A DNA stretch of 64,000 nt from Pocillopora damicornis (Eukaryota). The notes beneath the pieces are model-generated. The model did no database searches. It was not told where the DNA came from and saw nothing but the letters and a program-made list of their open reading frames with translations. The position numbers and the translations under genes were made by a program. The DNA is taken from contig NW_020844757.1 in the NCBI RefSeq assembly GCF_003704095.1, forward strand, positions 62,001-126,000, given 5' to 3'. Positions 1-13,200 of the stretch are shown here, one piece after another. Position 1 is the stretch's first letter. Every line of letters begins with the position of its first letter.

Positions 1-244
1 TAAGTAAGTATTGAATTTCTTTATAGACAACTGTTGGACCCATACCCATGTGTGCAGTTTATTGATTAAAATCTCTCAAATTCTGAGTCGCCTGCACTTT
101 CAGAGGAGATGAAGATAGAAAATTTAAAATCAAGGACTACCCTTTCGCTCCTAGGATCTTATTTAAAATTTATTCTGACTGTCTTCCTTAATTGTTTTTT
201 CCACATTACTAACAGTTACATTTTTGTTCCCATTTATCTCAAAG

Positions 245-1811
245 GATGAAGAAAGCAAAAGTAGACTATAAAGAATACATGGACGCATTTGAGGATGAAC
301 TTAAATCATTCTTGCTAAGGGTAAAGGAAAGAGCTCAAGCCCGCATTGATAAGGCTATGAAGGAAGCCGAAGAGGTTAGGCTATGCAAACTATGGGCAGA
401 TTGTCTGTGCACACCTGTCTGATACTTTATTTGTATGGTAAAGATGTTTGTTACATGTAGTTGTCACTTAAGAAAAATATGTTTAATTTAGTTCATTTTC
501 CTTTTTTTTTTTTCTAAAATTGCTCACAGATGTGTATCTGTTAGCAGTGTAACTGTTAAAAAAACAAGTTATTTTTAGTCTTAATAATACAGTGTAATTT
601 GCATATTTAATTTTGCTTATATTATTACTTTGCATTTTTGTTTGCTAATAAACCAAATTCATTGAGAAAAAGAGGTTTAGCTATTAATAGTCTTGGATTT
701 GCAAATTGTCACTGTACCTTCTTAGTGCAAAGAGTTTGGTTGTAGTTTACTTTGCAAAAGGGCAATGGCACATTAATGAACTGGCTAGACAGAATAAAAC
801 AGAATTTGAACAACACTTAGGTCATCATGTTAAGAGAGTTTCTGTTTTTATTTCAACCAGTTATAATTGTTCTTTTTAGGAGGAACGCCAACAGAGACTT
901 GGTCCTGGAGGACTGGATCCGGTGGAAGTGTTTGATTCATTACCCCCAGTAAGTGTAGCCTTGAATTGTGTTATGCAGCACGTGCTGCTTTACAGCACAC
1001 AGTAGTTAGGGGTCTGATCATAAAGGTTCCTCTTTAGCCATTCTCCATTGCTACAGTTCTAATGTTTGATGTACTCAGGGACTGACCTACTGGCTGACTG
1101 ACTTACGAACACGTTTGCTGACCAATTAATACAGACATGACTGATAAATAACTGCCTGACTAACTGAAAAAGATTTACTGACTACATAGCTGACCGACAC
1201 AGACTGACTGTAAAATGACTAATCAACCTACTGACTGGCTGATTGACAGAGCCTCTGATTTACTGACAGGCTGACTGATTAACAAACCAATTTACTGAAT
1301 GGGGAATTTTCTAACTTGTTGACTGACTGATGGCCGGACTTACTAAGACAGATGTAAAGAATTTCTGACTAAAAATGGACTCAGTACCTGATTGACAGAC
1401 TGATTAAATTGGACATTAGCCAACTACACTGTAATTAACCAGCAAATGGCAGATCAACCAATCTTACTGCCCAAATACCTGTCTAATTGAAGTATATTTT
1501 TTTGCTTCTTTAAATGGAGAGAAACTGATTGTATATACTTTGGGTTCCCTTGCTCACTAACAAAAGAATATTTGTGTCTGCTTCAGGAACTTCAGAAATG
1601 CTTTGAAGAAAAAGATATCCCCATGCTACAAGAAGTTCTCGGCAAAATGCCTGAAGAAGAAGCTAAGATGTACCTACGACAATGCATTGACTCTGGTTTG
1701 TGGATTCCAGATGCTAATAAAGCACAAGCTGAGGGACGAGAGGAGGCTGGTGTTACAGAGGAGTCAGAAGATGATCAGTATGACAGTTTGTCAGAAGATA
1801 GTGACAAATAA
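245..1811 (+). CDS. CDC37: Hsp90 co-chaperone Cdc37, last three coding exons (245-374, 880-948, 1587-1811); 5' part lies outside the window
   Basis: GT-AG exons splice in frame to ...YMDAFEDELKSFLLRVKERAQARIDKAMKEAEEEERQQRLGPGGLDPVEVFDSLPPELQKCFEEKDIPMLQEVL...CIDSGLWIP. LGPGGLDP-EV and CIDSGLW are Cdc37 C-terminal hallmarks. AATAAA near 2328. Confidence 0.95.
1078..1465. repeat. Degenerate (ACTG/GACT)n tetranucleotide-derived low-complexity tract in a CDC37 intron
   Basis: Recurrent gactgact/actgac/ctgactg units. Confidence 0.75.
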
Positions 1812-4207
1812 ATCCTCAGGGGGCATCTGTATGTAATGTGCTCTGTTTTTAGTGCTTTTATAGTTAATGTCCTGGCGTTTGAAGTTTAAAGAGAGAAAAA
1901 ATTTAAAAAAAAGGAAAAAAAATGTAACATTTGGTTGTCATAACTGTACCATATCCAATAAGAGAAAAGCTAGGTCTATAAACAACTGGTGTCCCAGAAA
2001 AATTTATTAAAGGACACTTGAGTCTCAGTTCATGTTGAATGAAAGAAAGGAGACCTGAGTGAAAATAGCCTTTGTGCCTATCATCTACTGCTTGGAAAGT
2101 AGAAAACTTGTACGACGTAAACAAACAGAAACTGTATCATGAGGCTGTCTTGTCTTTAGCTAACCGAAGAATTGGTGGCTAGATGATTCACCAATCACCA
2201 GATTGCAGCCACATTAATTTCAACGAACTGACATGTTATGGTTTTCCTAAAGCTTCTGGAAACCCTGTTAGAGCTCTGTTGAAAGACCAGGAAACCAGTT
2301 TGTGTATTCTTAAATGCCCCAGTGATAAATAAAGTTCTGATTGTGCACAGCTATTAAAAAATTGTGTATTTTGATTTAAACCCAAGGAGTTTTAGAGAAG
2401 CGGTAAGTGTCCAAACCATTGCCAAACACAGTTAGCTAAACTAAACGATCAATGATTTTTCCTGTAGGTAAATTGGAATTCACTGCAGCTAATTTTCTGC
2501 TGTCGTTATACTCCCTTCAGGTTCCATCCTGCCTTCGTCTGCGTGTTTTCTAGCCAGAGGGGATCGTGAACTCTATCGTCGACAACTCAATTCTAAAAAA
2601 AATCTCTCTCACCTCTCTTTCTGGTCTTCATCTGGAAACTCTGAGCTTTTAAGGAACATTTCAGGTGTTGTTTTATTACCCTGTGAATCACCTATTCTTT
2701 AGAAGAACTCCCTTGACAACCATTTAGAGTGATGGAGGTCTCCTCTTAAATTATATATTATCATCACCATCATTACTACTATTAGCACTGGAAACCGCTG
2801 AAAGGGAAATGGTTTTCAGAAACTCATTTCCACATCCTAATAGTATCGCATACATTTGTATACTCTGAGAAATAAGCCTGTTTCAAGGGCGAAGAATTTA
2901 TTGGTGCCTTGAAGGTTTAATCCACCCTGCCTCTACTCATTAAGTACTTTCCGTTCTCTGAGAGACTGGGGGCCATTCAACCTCGTTCTTGAGGTAATAG
3001 CGAAAGAGACCAAACTTTGAATAGGAGGCCACAATAAGGGCTTCGAGTCACAACTGTCGATGATTGCAGTTGTCGGTGAGGCGTAACATATGGAACGATA
3101 TTCCTGATAATCTGAACGAAACAGCACATGGCAGAAATGATAACGCAAAATGATAACGACTTTATTGCAATCAAATCTACATTCATTTTACACAATAAAT
3201 TAATTCCTAAAGAAAATTACCGTGCATTATCCAAATTGTCTCTTCCAAGGCACTCTAGTAATTCATTTCTCATTTTCACTTCATAACGGCAAGGCAGCAT
3301 GCGCTCTTACTGAGCTCCTTGTTACAACAATCATTTTCCAATTATCTACTGGTGTTTATCCTTCAAATCACATTTTTGTATCGAATTCATATCACAAATT
3401 AAATTGATTTTCTCTCTCACTTTGATTGAGTTCAATTTCCCCCTTTGGGTAAAATGGAAGTAAATTATTTGCTTCTGTAACAGATATTCAATGCAAACTA
3501 AATGAGAGTGTTTACTCAGTATAAAGTCAGGAATTTAAAATATCTTGAGTTTCTAGCCATTTGGGAACACTGTTTACACTAATGTGGTTTAGAAATAATC
3601 ATATCACAACGATTTCACGTATTAAGTCCTCTAACAGCCTTTTTTTAAAGGCAAAATGTCCGCCACCTGTTTCACAACATAGCGACCTAACGGAACCCAA
3701 CCGGGAAACTGGGCGAACATTATCTACAGAGGCCATTTCAGTCGCAACTCAACAAGCACTTACGTGAACGCAATGTGACAACAAAAAAGCAAAACATTTA
3801 ACAAAACATATCCAAAGTCTTCTAGTATTTGTTTGTATCTCAGGATCTCGAAAAAAAGATATGGTGATATTACGATACTATCAACAGCTTTATTCGTTCA
3901 ATGCCAGACTGCTTCAAAGCCATTGTTTCTTCCCCTGAAGTTACATGAATGGCGGTTTTTTCCAAATCAACCTTGCACGGTACAAGTAACAATTGAAAGA
4001 TGCCAATGTTTAAAAACAGGTTTTACACAGATTTAACATATTTGTGCCGTTAGGAAGGACTTCCTTGAACTTGCAAATAGTAAGTTTTTTTTTTGACATA
4101 GTTAATTTCTTAAATCGGAAGTGACTCAAATTTGCTGCATTTCACATCGTAACAACTGGAGAGAGAACATCCCCAACAAGTCATCCGGGTAGATTTTCCC
4201 ACCATAA

Positions 4208-7200
4208 TCACACTGTTGTTATGAAACCTGTCAGAAGCAAGAACAATGCGTTAAATAGTGTGCTCTATCAGTTCTCATTCCAGATCCGCGCCCGTGGTTT
4301 AGTTGAACAGCGGTTTTCTATATTAGCGTAGGCGAAAAGCGAGGCTATCGGGTCGGGCTTCCCTGATGACCGAGTCCTAGNNNNNNNNNNNNNNNNNNNN
4401 NNNNNNNNNNNNNNNNNNNNNNNNNNNNNNNNNNNNNNNNNNNNNNNNNNNNNNNNNNNNNNNNNNNNNNNNNNNNNNNNAAAAAAAAGAAAAAGAAAGA
4501 GGAGGTTTGAGTCGGTCGCGACCCAACCCGACCTCTCTTCGGCTTTTCGCTCAGCCGCTACTTTCGCGTCATTGACTTAACGCTTCATGTTACTGACTGA
4601 ACGCCTTCAACAGGTTAAAGGACGATACACATCGCGAGCGGTAAAATATAGGGATCTCAGCCGATATAAGAACATTGACGCATGAAATAAGTCCGCGACG
4701 CCGTTTCAGTATTTGATAAAGATTAAAAAAAAGTGGTCTGCAGATGATCAAATAATACCTCAACATGATAGTGCATAGGTAAGGGGTCAATTGTATTACC
4801 ACTAGGTAGACTAACCTTTCGCTTCAATCATGGCATCAAAAAGCCTGTCTTCTTCTTGTTCTCTGCGAGAGAAAGTTTACATCAAAACACAGTCCTTCCA
4901 ACCAAAAATGTCCAAGTTCGCTATAGGAAAATATAATCTTTTTCCGACCCCACCAGGAGGCAACGCGTTCAAAGTGGTTAAAGACATCACAGAACTACTG
5001 AAGAAAGTTGAAAACTACTATTTCACAGACCAGTAGTGGCGGAAAAGGCCCCCCCCCTCTCCACAGTCCCACAAACCTCTTTCTCTCCTCGTCCAACAGT
5101 TCCACTAATGCGTTCCTCTGCTCCACAATATCTACAAGCTGTTTGGTCTTCTTCTGTATGGATCTGTTGTCATCCTTTCTTGGATCTAACAGAACAACGG
5201 CAGAGAGTAAATAAATACAAACATTTAATTTCAGCCATAATTCTTTTAAAAGGATACCAATCAGTGTAGCTTACCATCTTTCATGAGGAGTTCTCTAATC
5301 TCCTGCTCTAGTCTTCCTTGTTGGTCCTCAAGCTGAATGGAGTTTGCCCTGTAAATAAAACAGACAAAAATTGAGACTCTCTTGGATTCACGTTACATTT
5401 ATTATTATCTAACGAGGCCTGTTGCCTTTCTACGTTACGAATCCTATAAGGTTCACGATTTTTTATTTAACTCAATTGGGCAATTATTCATTTTTCCGGC
5501 ATCTATTACCCGTCACTCCTAAATAACTTACGATCATAATTGATCGAAGCACACAGCAAAATACAGTGCAAACTGGGAAGCCATCGAAAAAAGAGGTCTT
5601 GAATCCAGAAAAAAAAGGATAGAAAAAGCGGGCGTGTGGGCGACACAGGCTCCAGGGAGCGTGCAACTGGCTATAACCAAGTACCTATAGTTTTTCGTGC
5701 TTATTTGACGAAGGATCAGAAAGGCCGAAGAAAGGCTAACAGATTAGAGCGAAGTACATTTTAGAAACATATGAGAGCGGTTTGACGGCCCCTTATACTC
5801 ACTGAATGACCAGTTCTGACTCATATCGAATCAGCGCATTCTTTCTGTTCACTAGTTTGAACCACTGAAACATCAGCTGCTGTTCCTCTGAACCAGAATC
5901 TGTTCAAAACATTAAAGGCGAGTCAAGATCTCAATGACGAAACCAAGATCAATAATCTACAAATTCAATGAAACGTTTGCCGCCAACGTTTTTCATTGTG
6001 AGGCAAGCCGTCTCAGAATAATTTCAATGAATGATCTAAGGTTTAAAATAGAGATTAATAACGCAGTGAACTGCCTTGAACCAAATAATAACATCCGTAG
6101 ATTAACTACGAAAGTGGTTTCATAAGATTGTTATAAACGAAATCTTGGCTAAGCAACTTTCTTTCATTTGAATTGGTTCCCTCGTAGATGTTCTTTGGTC
6201 ACGGAGAGAGCGCGCGGCGAGACGAAACCAAAAACGGCCTCAAAGCGGACAAGGATTTGGAGTGTCATGTAATCTATTTCCTTCCCGAGAAAATGGGAAC
6301 TCTGTGTGACCAGACTACTCAAGTATTCAGTTAGCTTTAAGTTCCGCAGAGACTTCTCTGGGTAACCGTTTGAAACTCACTGTTTCCTTGTCTGAGCGTC
6401 TTCTCAACAACGACTCCTTCACGCTCTAAGTCGGCTTGTTTGACGGCCACTTCCTCCAGTTCTCGTTGTATTGACTGTGCCATGCGCAGTCGCTTCGATT
6501 CTCGCTGCTTCATCGCGCTACGAATCTTGGCTTGCTCTCGTCGCTTCACTTTATCATCCGGCATCTCGGTGTCACGTCTTCCCGGCTGGAATATGAACGA
6601 GCAGTTATAAACATTTAATTTTTAAAAAGTAGGTTTCACTAAATTTAAGCTACATACGTAAGTGATAGTGAAAACAATATTTCCTATAATACCAGGTAAA
6701 TTCGAGTGGACAGCCTAAAATCAAGAAGTATTGTGATTGAGATGAACCTCAAAGAAGAATGTATATTGATAGTAGATACCTTACCTTGCTGAATCGCCGA
6801 GCATTTGTTCGTTGCAATTTGGAACTTTCATCCAGCATTTCATCTCCACTTGATTCAGAGAACAATCCTGAATCGTCTTTTTTCAGATTCAGTGCTTCTT
6901 CTAAGAGTAAATAGAAGACGATTTTGAAGAGTTAGAAGAGGGAAGAAAGAGCTGGATGGAAAACAACGAGTCATAAATTGAAAAAAAGAAAAAGTCTTGT
7001 CACACAACATGTTTTTTTCGTCATCATTGCGGTTGCAAATAAGTAACCTGCATTCATTATTGCAGGCAAACTTCAGTACTCGAAGTTTAAATGATCTGCA
7101 TCGCATCAGATCAAGATAGGTCAGCAGTGTGGATGTTTGAACTACTGCATGCGTACACAACTGTTTGCCACATACCTTTCTCAGGCGTACTAATACCATC

Positions 7201-10200
7201 GTGCAGATCAAGAACCACAAATCCCATATCTACTGAATCTTTCCCGATTTTCTCCTCTTTTTCTTCCCCAATTTCCTTTCTAACTTTACCCAACCGAAAC
7301 CTTGGCTTTCCTGTCGGCTTGCGCTGAACAATCTTGGTGGTCTCCTTTGTAGAGTGAAAAGGTTCCTCTGAGGGAACTCTGGGTAACGAGCGCCGCTGAG
7401 CGCCTGGACTGGCTGTGGGCTCAAGTTCTTCCTCTTTCCCAAACTTCTTCCCAGCGTCGTTTTTGACTGGACTCGATTTCTTCCATTCCTCTCTTTCGGC
7501 CCATTTATCTTTCACTGTCGGAGGACGGAAGTCATTGGCGATCAAATTGGTTAATCTGGCCGTCCGTGCAGCCACAAGAGATCCTGCGGGAGGTTTTTTG
7601 TTCCCCGGTGATGTTGGTGAGGTTGGCGATCTGGGTGATGGAGTTGGCTCATTCTTGGTTGCTACTGAAACCGTCTTCGGGCCAGCCTTCGTTTGACCAG
7701 CAGCTTTCCTTTCGGAAGAAGGAATCGGGGTGTCATCATCCAGCGAAATGTCCACCATTTTAAGCTGCATCTTTTTCTGAGGGTTGCGTTCCGTTTCGTT
7801 GGCCGCTTGAACAATTCCTTCTAATGCCTCTTGAGTCTCTTTTTCATCTGGATTGAAAACCATTGATAATGGCGGATACATAGCCCGTCGCGACTTCGCC
7901 TTTCTCCTCTCTAGCGTTCCAAGCTTCTGAACCTTTCCCTCTTGAGCTTCTTGTCTTTTAGCCCAAGATTTGCCAGCAGCTGCTGTCTTTACAGCGTCAA
8001 TGACGCCCTTTCGCTCTTCCTCTCGCTTTTTCTTTCTCTCCTCAACAGGTGCCTCCTCCATATCGATGTCCACGACAGTCATCCCCTTGGTGGCATCTAT
8101 CAGCTCACCAGGCGTACCCGGTCGAAACTCAGCCTCCGCCTCAAACTTTCGAACTTCCTCCCTTGACGGGATCTTCAGTGGCTGGGTACCTCTTCGTCTA
8201 CCGTCCCCTGTCTGGTCTAGTCCATCGTCAAACGAGTAGCCCTTGCCTTTTTCACGCACGGTAGCGTCGGATTTTCGTACAGAAGATATGCTTGACCGCC
8301 TCAGAGGGCGCGCCTCCAATCGTCGATACTTCCCAGAGGTGTAGGACCGATCTCTCTGACGATCTTCTTTCTCCTCGCTGACCGTTTCTTTCTCTTCGTG
8401 ATAGCCGTTCATTTGAGCACCAGTCTCTCCTTTGGTTTTATAACTGACAGGTTCTCCTGCATCAGGGTCGATTGTAAACTCGACATTTTTAAACAAAGTT
8501 TCCGGTGCTTCAGATTTAGATTTCAAAAGTTTCGGTCTGCCTTTAGCAGTAACTTCCTGTTCATCTGTAGACAAAATAAGAAGAATAATGTCTAGTAATA
8601 GAGGAAAGAGACAAAAAGAGATAACATCTTTTGAAGAAATACTAAAATCACTACGAGAGGGGTCCTGCACACCAAAAAGAGGAAAAAAGGGAGCTTTCTT
8701 AAGAGAGTAAAAGTCGCAGTAGTAATGTGCTCGCCTCTCAACACCGTAACCCGCGTTCGATTTCAGAGCTTTGCAGCATGTGTGGGTCGTGTTCCGTCGT
8801 TGGTTCTCGTCCTTACCCCGAGGGTTTTCCCAGAGTTCTCCGGTTTTTCGTTTCTGCCCGCAAGCAAAAATTCGAAGCCTAATTTGACCTGGAAAACAGT
8901 AGACGAGGAACCACCCATGGAAGTGCCACTGCTAATGCTAAGCTGAGATTAAAATATAATAAACATTCTCTTCAGAACCAAGCCTACAGCTAAGGGAAGG
9001 ACAGACGAGAGATAAGTGATTGAATACATACCAGCGGGTTCCTCCTGCATCTTGTACAACAACTGATCATAGTGCAGGTGACACAGGAAGTGTCCCTTGT
9101 CCTGGTCTGATGATGGGCTGATGTAAGAGTAAGTGCCTAGCCTGAGCGTGCAGCCGCATTCCTCGCACAAGAAACACTCGCGATGGAAGAAATGGCCCTC
9201 TGCAGACAATCTCTCCATCAGGTAAACACGACGATTGCAGAAGAAACAGTGTTCACTCGAGTCCCTCAGTGAAGGTACCTTGTTCTAAACAGGAAAAAAA
9301 ATTGGATACAAAGATTGAACTTGGTTTACCTCAAACTCCTAGTACAGGAGTCCGATTTAAATTTCTTCGCAGGCAACCTTATATTCTATTCAAAGCGTGA
9401 GGTTTGACAAGTATTTTAACCCTTTAAATCTGTAAATTAAACTTAAACTAAACTGAACTATAAAAATTTTAGGCATATAAAACGCACTTGATTCGACTGA
9501 AAATACTTGTAATAGAATTGCACTAAAATTGCTCCACAGGCATAATAAAATCCTGGTCCACAGCAAATGAAGTATTTTGTATCAGCTATCGCTGATCAAA
9601 CTAAGCACATTAACAGCTCATAAAAGGCGCACCTCCATTCAATGAGACGAATATTTTTAGCGCCTACTTTTGTCTCGACGGGTAAATGCTTGTATACTAT
9701 TAATCTTTACTACCTCCACTGAAAACACACCTACACCTTGGCCACACTTGTACTCGCTCTACAGTTGCTTACCACTCCTTTGAGCAGAGAAGGCATGCCA
9801 CCTCCATTAATTGCGCATTTCAAACAATTTGGAAAAAAAATTACGAAGACACTTCGCGCATTCTCATTGGTCGAACGGTGTGTTTAGATGAGAGCATTTA
9901 AACATAGTTCTGACCTTTTAGGTTAATATATATATATATATATCATAACAGCAATAGCTGAACCTTTTCGTCTTTGTATAGCCTCATCGAAATCAGAAGG
10001 GGGATAGAGAGGGGTCGTAGTCAAAGGTTTGAGGTTATTTAAAAAGAAGAAAAAAAAACTCTATAGCTTTCATGTAATCCCCTTTAATAATAAAACAATC
10101 AGATCAGTACACACTGACCTTCTTTCCATCTGTGGGTCCAAACACTTGCGCAGCCAAAGCGCTGATTCTATTGCTCGTCTTACCAGTAGTGACTGCGGGG

Positions 10201-13200
10201 GCCTGAAGAGATTCCTGTGGGGTGGAAGTGTCCATTGGGGTGGGAGCCTCATTCTCCTGTTGTCAAACGGAAATAAAAACATTAGTATTTGCGTAACAAT
10301 ACGTGTGTTCGATCCAGATAGAGGCTCTCCCAACTTCCCATGTACATCCATTCCTCGATAGACGCACACTGCGCATGAACCAATTCATAAAAAACGTACA
10401 GTTTACTAGAACGAGCATCTGACTATATCCAAACATGCCTCAAAATCTAACGGTCTTAACCTTGGACGCTGCCTTTCTTCTCTTCGACACCGTATCAAAT
10501 ATTTCCTCGTTTCGCCTCTTCTCCTAAAAAAAAAGGACATTTATAAACTGTTTTCTGAGTTCTATACAGACTGATGTGCGACCTTTAGAAGATTGTGAGT
10601 ATACTTTTCCTAAGTGTACATATATGTCATTAGCGTGATTTGTAACTTCCTCTAAACATCAGGCGGATATTAGAATTAATAAACGCAATAGCAGATAGCA
10701 AGGTAACAGATCTGTACATAACAGCGACGCATTACATACACAACACAACAACTACACTGAATTACAACGAGCTCTGGAGGACGTACGTACTAATTTAGAC
10801 ATTATTAACAATGTATGAATATGTAGTTGACCCGTTTACTCCCAAAATCTGATCAGTAATTCCTTACTGTCCGCCACACAAATCTTACGAATTTTCTACG
10901 GAAAATTTTGTATTAGATCATCTAATAATCCCCTAATTAGTATTTACCTTTATTCTCCTCACTTGTCTGGTTAATATCATATCGATATTGTAAGGAAAAA
11001 TTCTGTCTTGGTCACCCATTGGAGTTAAACGGTTAAAGTCTATCATTAGGCTAACTGGAGGCACTATGGGGGGGGGGGGGGGGGGGGAGTGTTTAACATG
11101 TTTGCCTATGCATGGATAGCAACATCAGTGTAATTGTATATTGCACATATCAACAACTTGTTTATTTGCATGGATTGCAATGTCCCGAGCTAAAACCCAA
11201 ATAAAACCTCCATGTGAATTGGCAACACATCACTTCTACTGACCTTGTGGGTCCGACGAGACACTCGTGTTAACACAGACAGCTTGGACAGTGGAGACTT
11301 GGCTCTGAATTCCCACTGTTCAGTTGTCTTCTCGGCTGCAAAACAACAACAACCCCACACTCACTACTGCCCAAGGTTGAATACAGTTTTATTAAGAAAG
11401 TGCTTCTCACATCATACTATCTGGTTGGTTCATTTGATATTTTTTCCATATTATACCACCATCCATTCTCTCTTAGGGTACCAGTACGAGACATCAAAGA
11501 TTTGGAAACTACACGAGTCATTCTAACATGCAGACCTCTGAAGAGCACAGATATTAAGAACTAATATTCTAGTAACTCCTTCCTTAGCTCCTATATAAAT
11601 CAAGACTAAATATTACCTGAATTTAATATTCACATTTAGTACTTTATAGTAGACGCAGCTTACCTGGAGTCTCATTTTTGAACACTTCATGGTACTGTGA
11701 CACATAGCTGACTATCATCAGAGTGTCAGGAACTTCTTTCATGGCCATCTCACTGGCAGAAATCTGAGGGGGGATTCCTAGATGTTCCTCAGCAACATCA
11801 AATGCCTGAAAGAGTAAGAAATAATAGACCAAATGAATTTTTCATCTTCAAGAACAAGGCAACACAGTAGGAGACGCATATTGTTCTTGACAAATTTTCT
11901 CACCAGCTGGGTATTTTTCAAATGATCCTTAGGTGACAGGGAAGAGTAATCACTGCAATGAAACACATTCATAACACAATCATTATAATTTGCACATTGA
12001 TCTTAAGAGCCTCACTACCAGCTAGGATGTTGTCTTCAAAGACCTAATGCAAAAGTACATAGAATGGTTCTCCAGGGAAGAGAAACAATTACAGCATGTA
12101 TGATTATACTTCCCTGTGTGATTGACCACTTTCTCAAAAAAAAAAAGGAGATGTTAAGTAAAAACAAGAGCAACTTTATCACTCACTTTTTATTACCTCC
12201 AGTCAGTTTGGATGCATTTAATAAATTTGTATTTTCATGGGTATGCACTTTAAGTTTCCTATCGAAACTTAAGGTGGATACCTGCAGTCATTTTATACCT
12301 AGCAAATATGATTCCAGCAGTTTGGGTATAAACCAATGAAACTGGGTACAAATCAACTGACTTTAAGTATGTAAAAACTGAGTATGAAATGACCATAGAT
12401 ACAAAACAACTGGATGCTGTTGTTGCACAGAATGCAGTCAACATGCACTCTAACTAGTACATATGCTAAGGTTAGCATGTCTAAACACAATAGTCCATGA
12501 GTAATAGCCCTCCTACATAAGATCAGGTCTGTAGCGATGAATAATGGCACAGAAAGCAAGGCCATTTCTCCATGATTTTGACATGTCATTGATCTTCACA
12601 TTCCTATACTTCTTGGTTTGCTCTTGACACCATCTGAGCAACATTCTTGCATTTACTGAAACAGGATGAAGAACGAACTGAAATTTATGGCAAAAATGTA
12701 AGTTTAATCCTATGCTACTGACAGTAATTCCATTTTCACATATTTTTGTGCTATTTGTTCACAGTCAAATATATTCAAATACCCTACTTTAACTAAGTAA
12801 ATATCTTTTGTAAGCAAGTGGGGGCAAGTCATGTCAAACCATATCACTAAATACAACTAAAAATGGTCATCCAGTAAAATCCCTGATATCACCGCTAGTC
12901 AGGTAGTTGTGTCTTTCCAGAAAGAAAAGAAAACCTGGAAGACAGCAGTGGGTGGGCTCCTGGAACTGATACTACTATTAAAGCATACCCTGTGCAACCT
13001 TCTTAAAAGCCCCAGTCCTCTAGCTCATAAAAAAGAAGACTATGTCATCTCAGAATGAATTATGATTGATCTTGACTGTTTCTATGTCTCCTTAACTAAA
13101 CATTGACATTAGTATTTTTTATGACTGTCACTAAACCTTATCTTGGTACTCACGGGATGTAATCTTTAAAAAAACTGTGTGGGAATTAATTGTTTGTTGC

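Noticed and set aside
7230-8595. Several antisense and alternate-frame ORFs over the large MICAL exon
   Set aside because: Shadow ORFs of a GC-richer coding exon
8710-8770. Genuine tRNA genes (also at 28540 and 40610)
   Set aside because: Only A/B-box remnants, no cloverleaf, and they continue into SINE bodies
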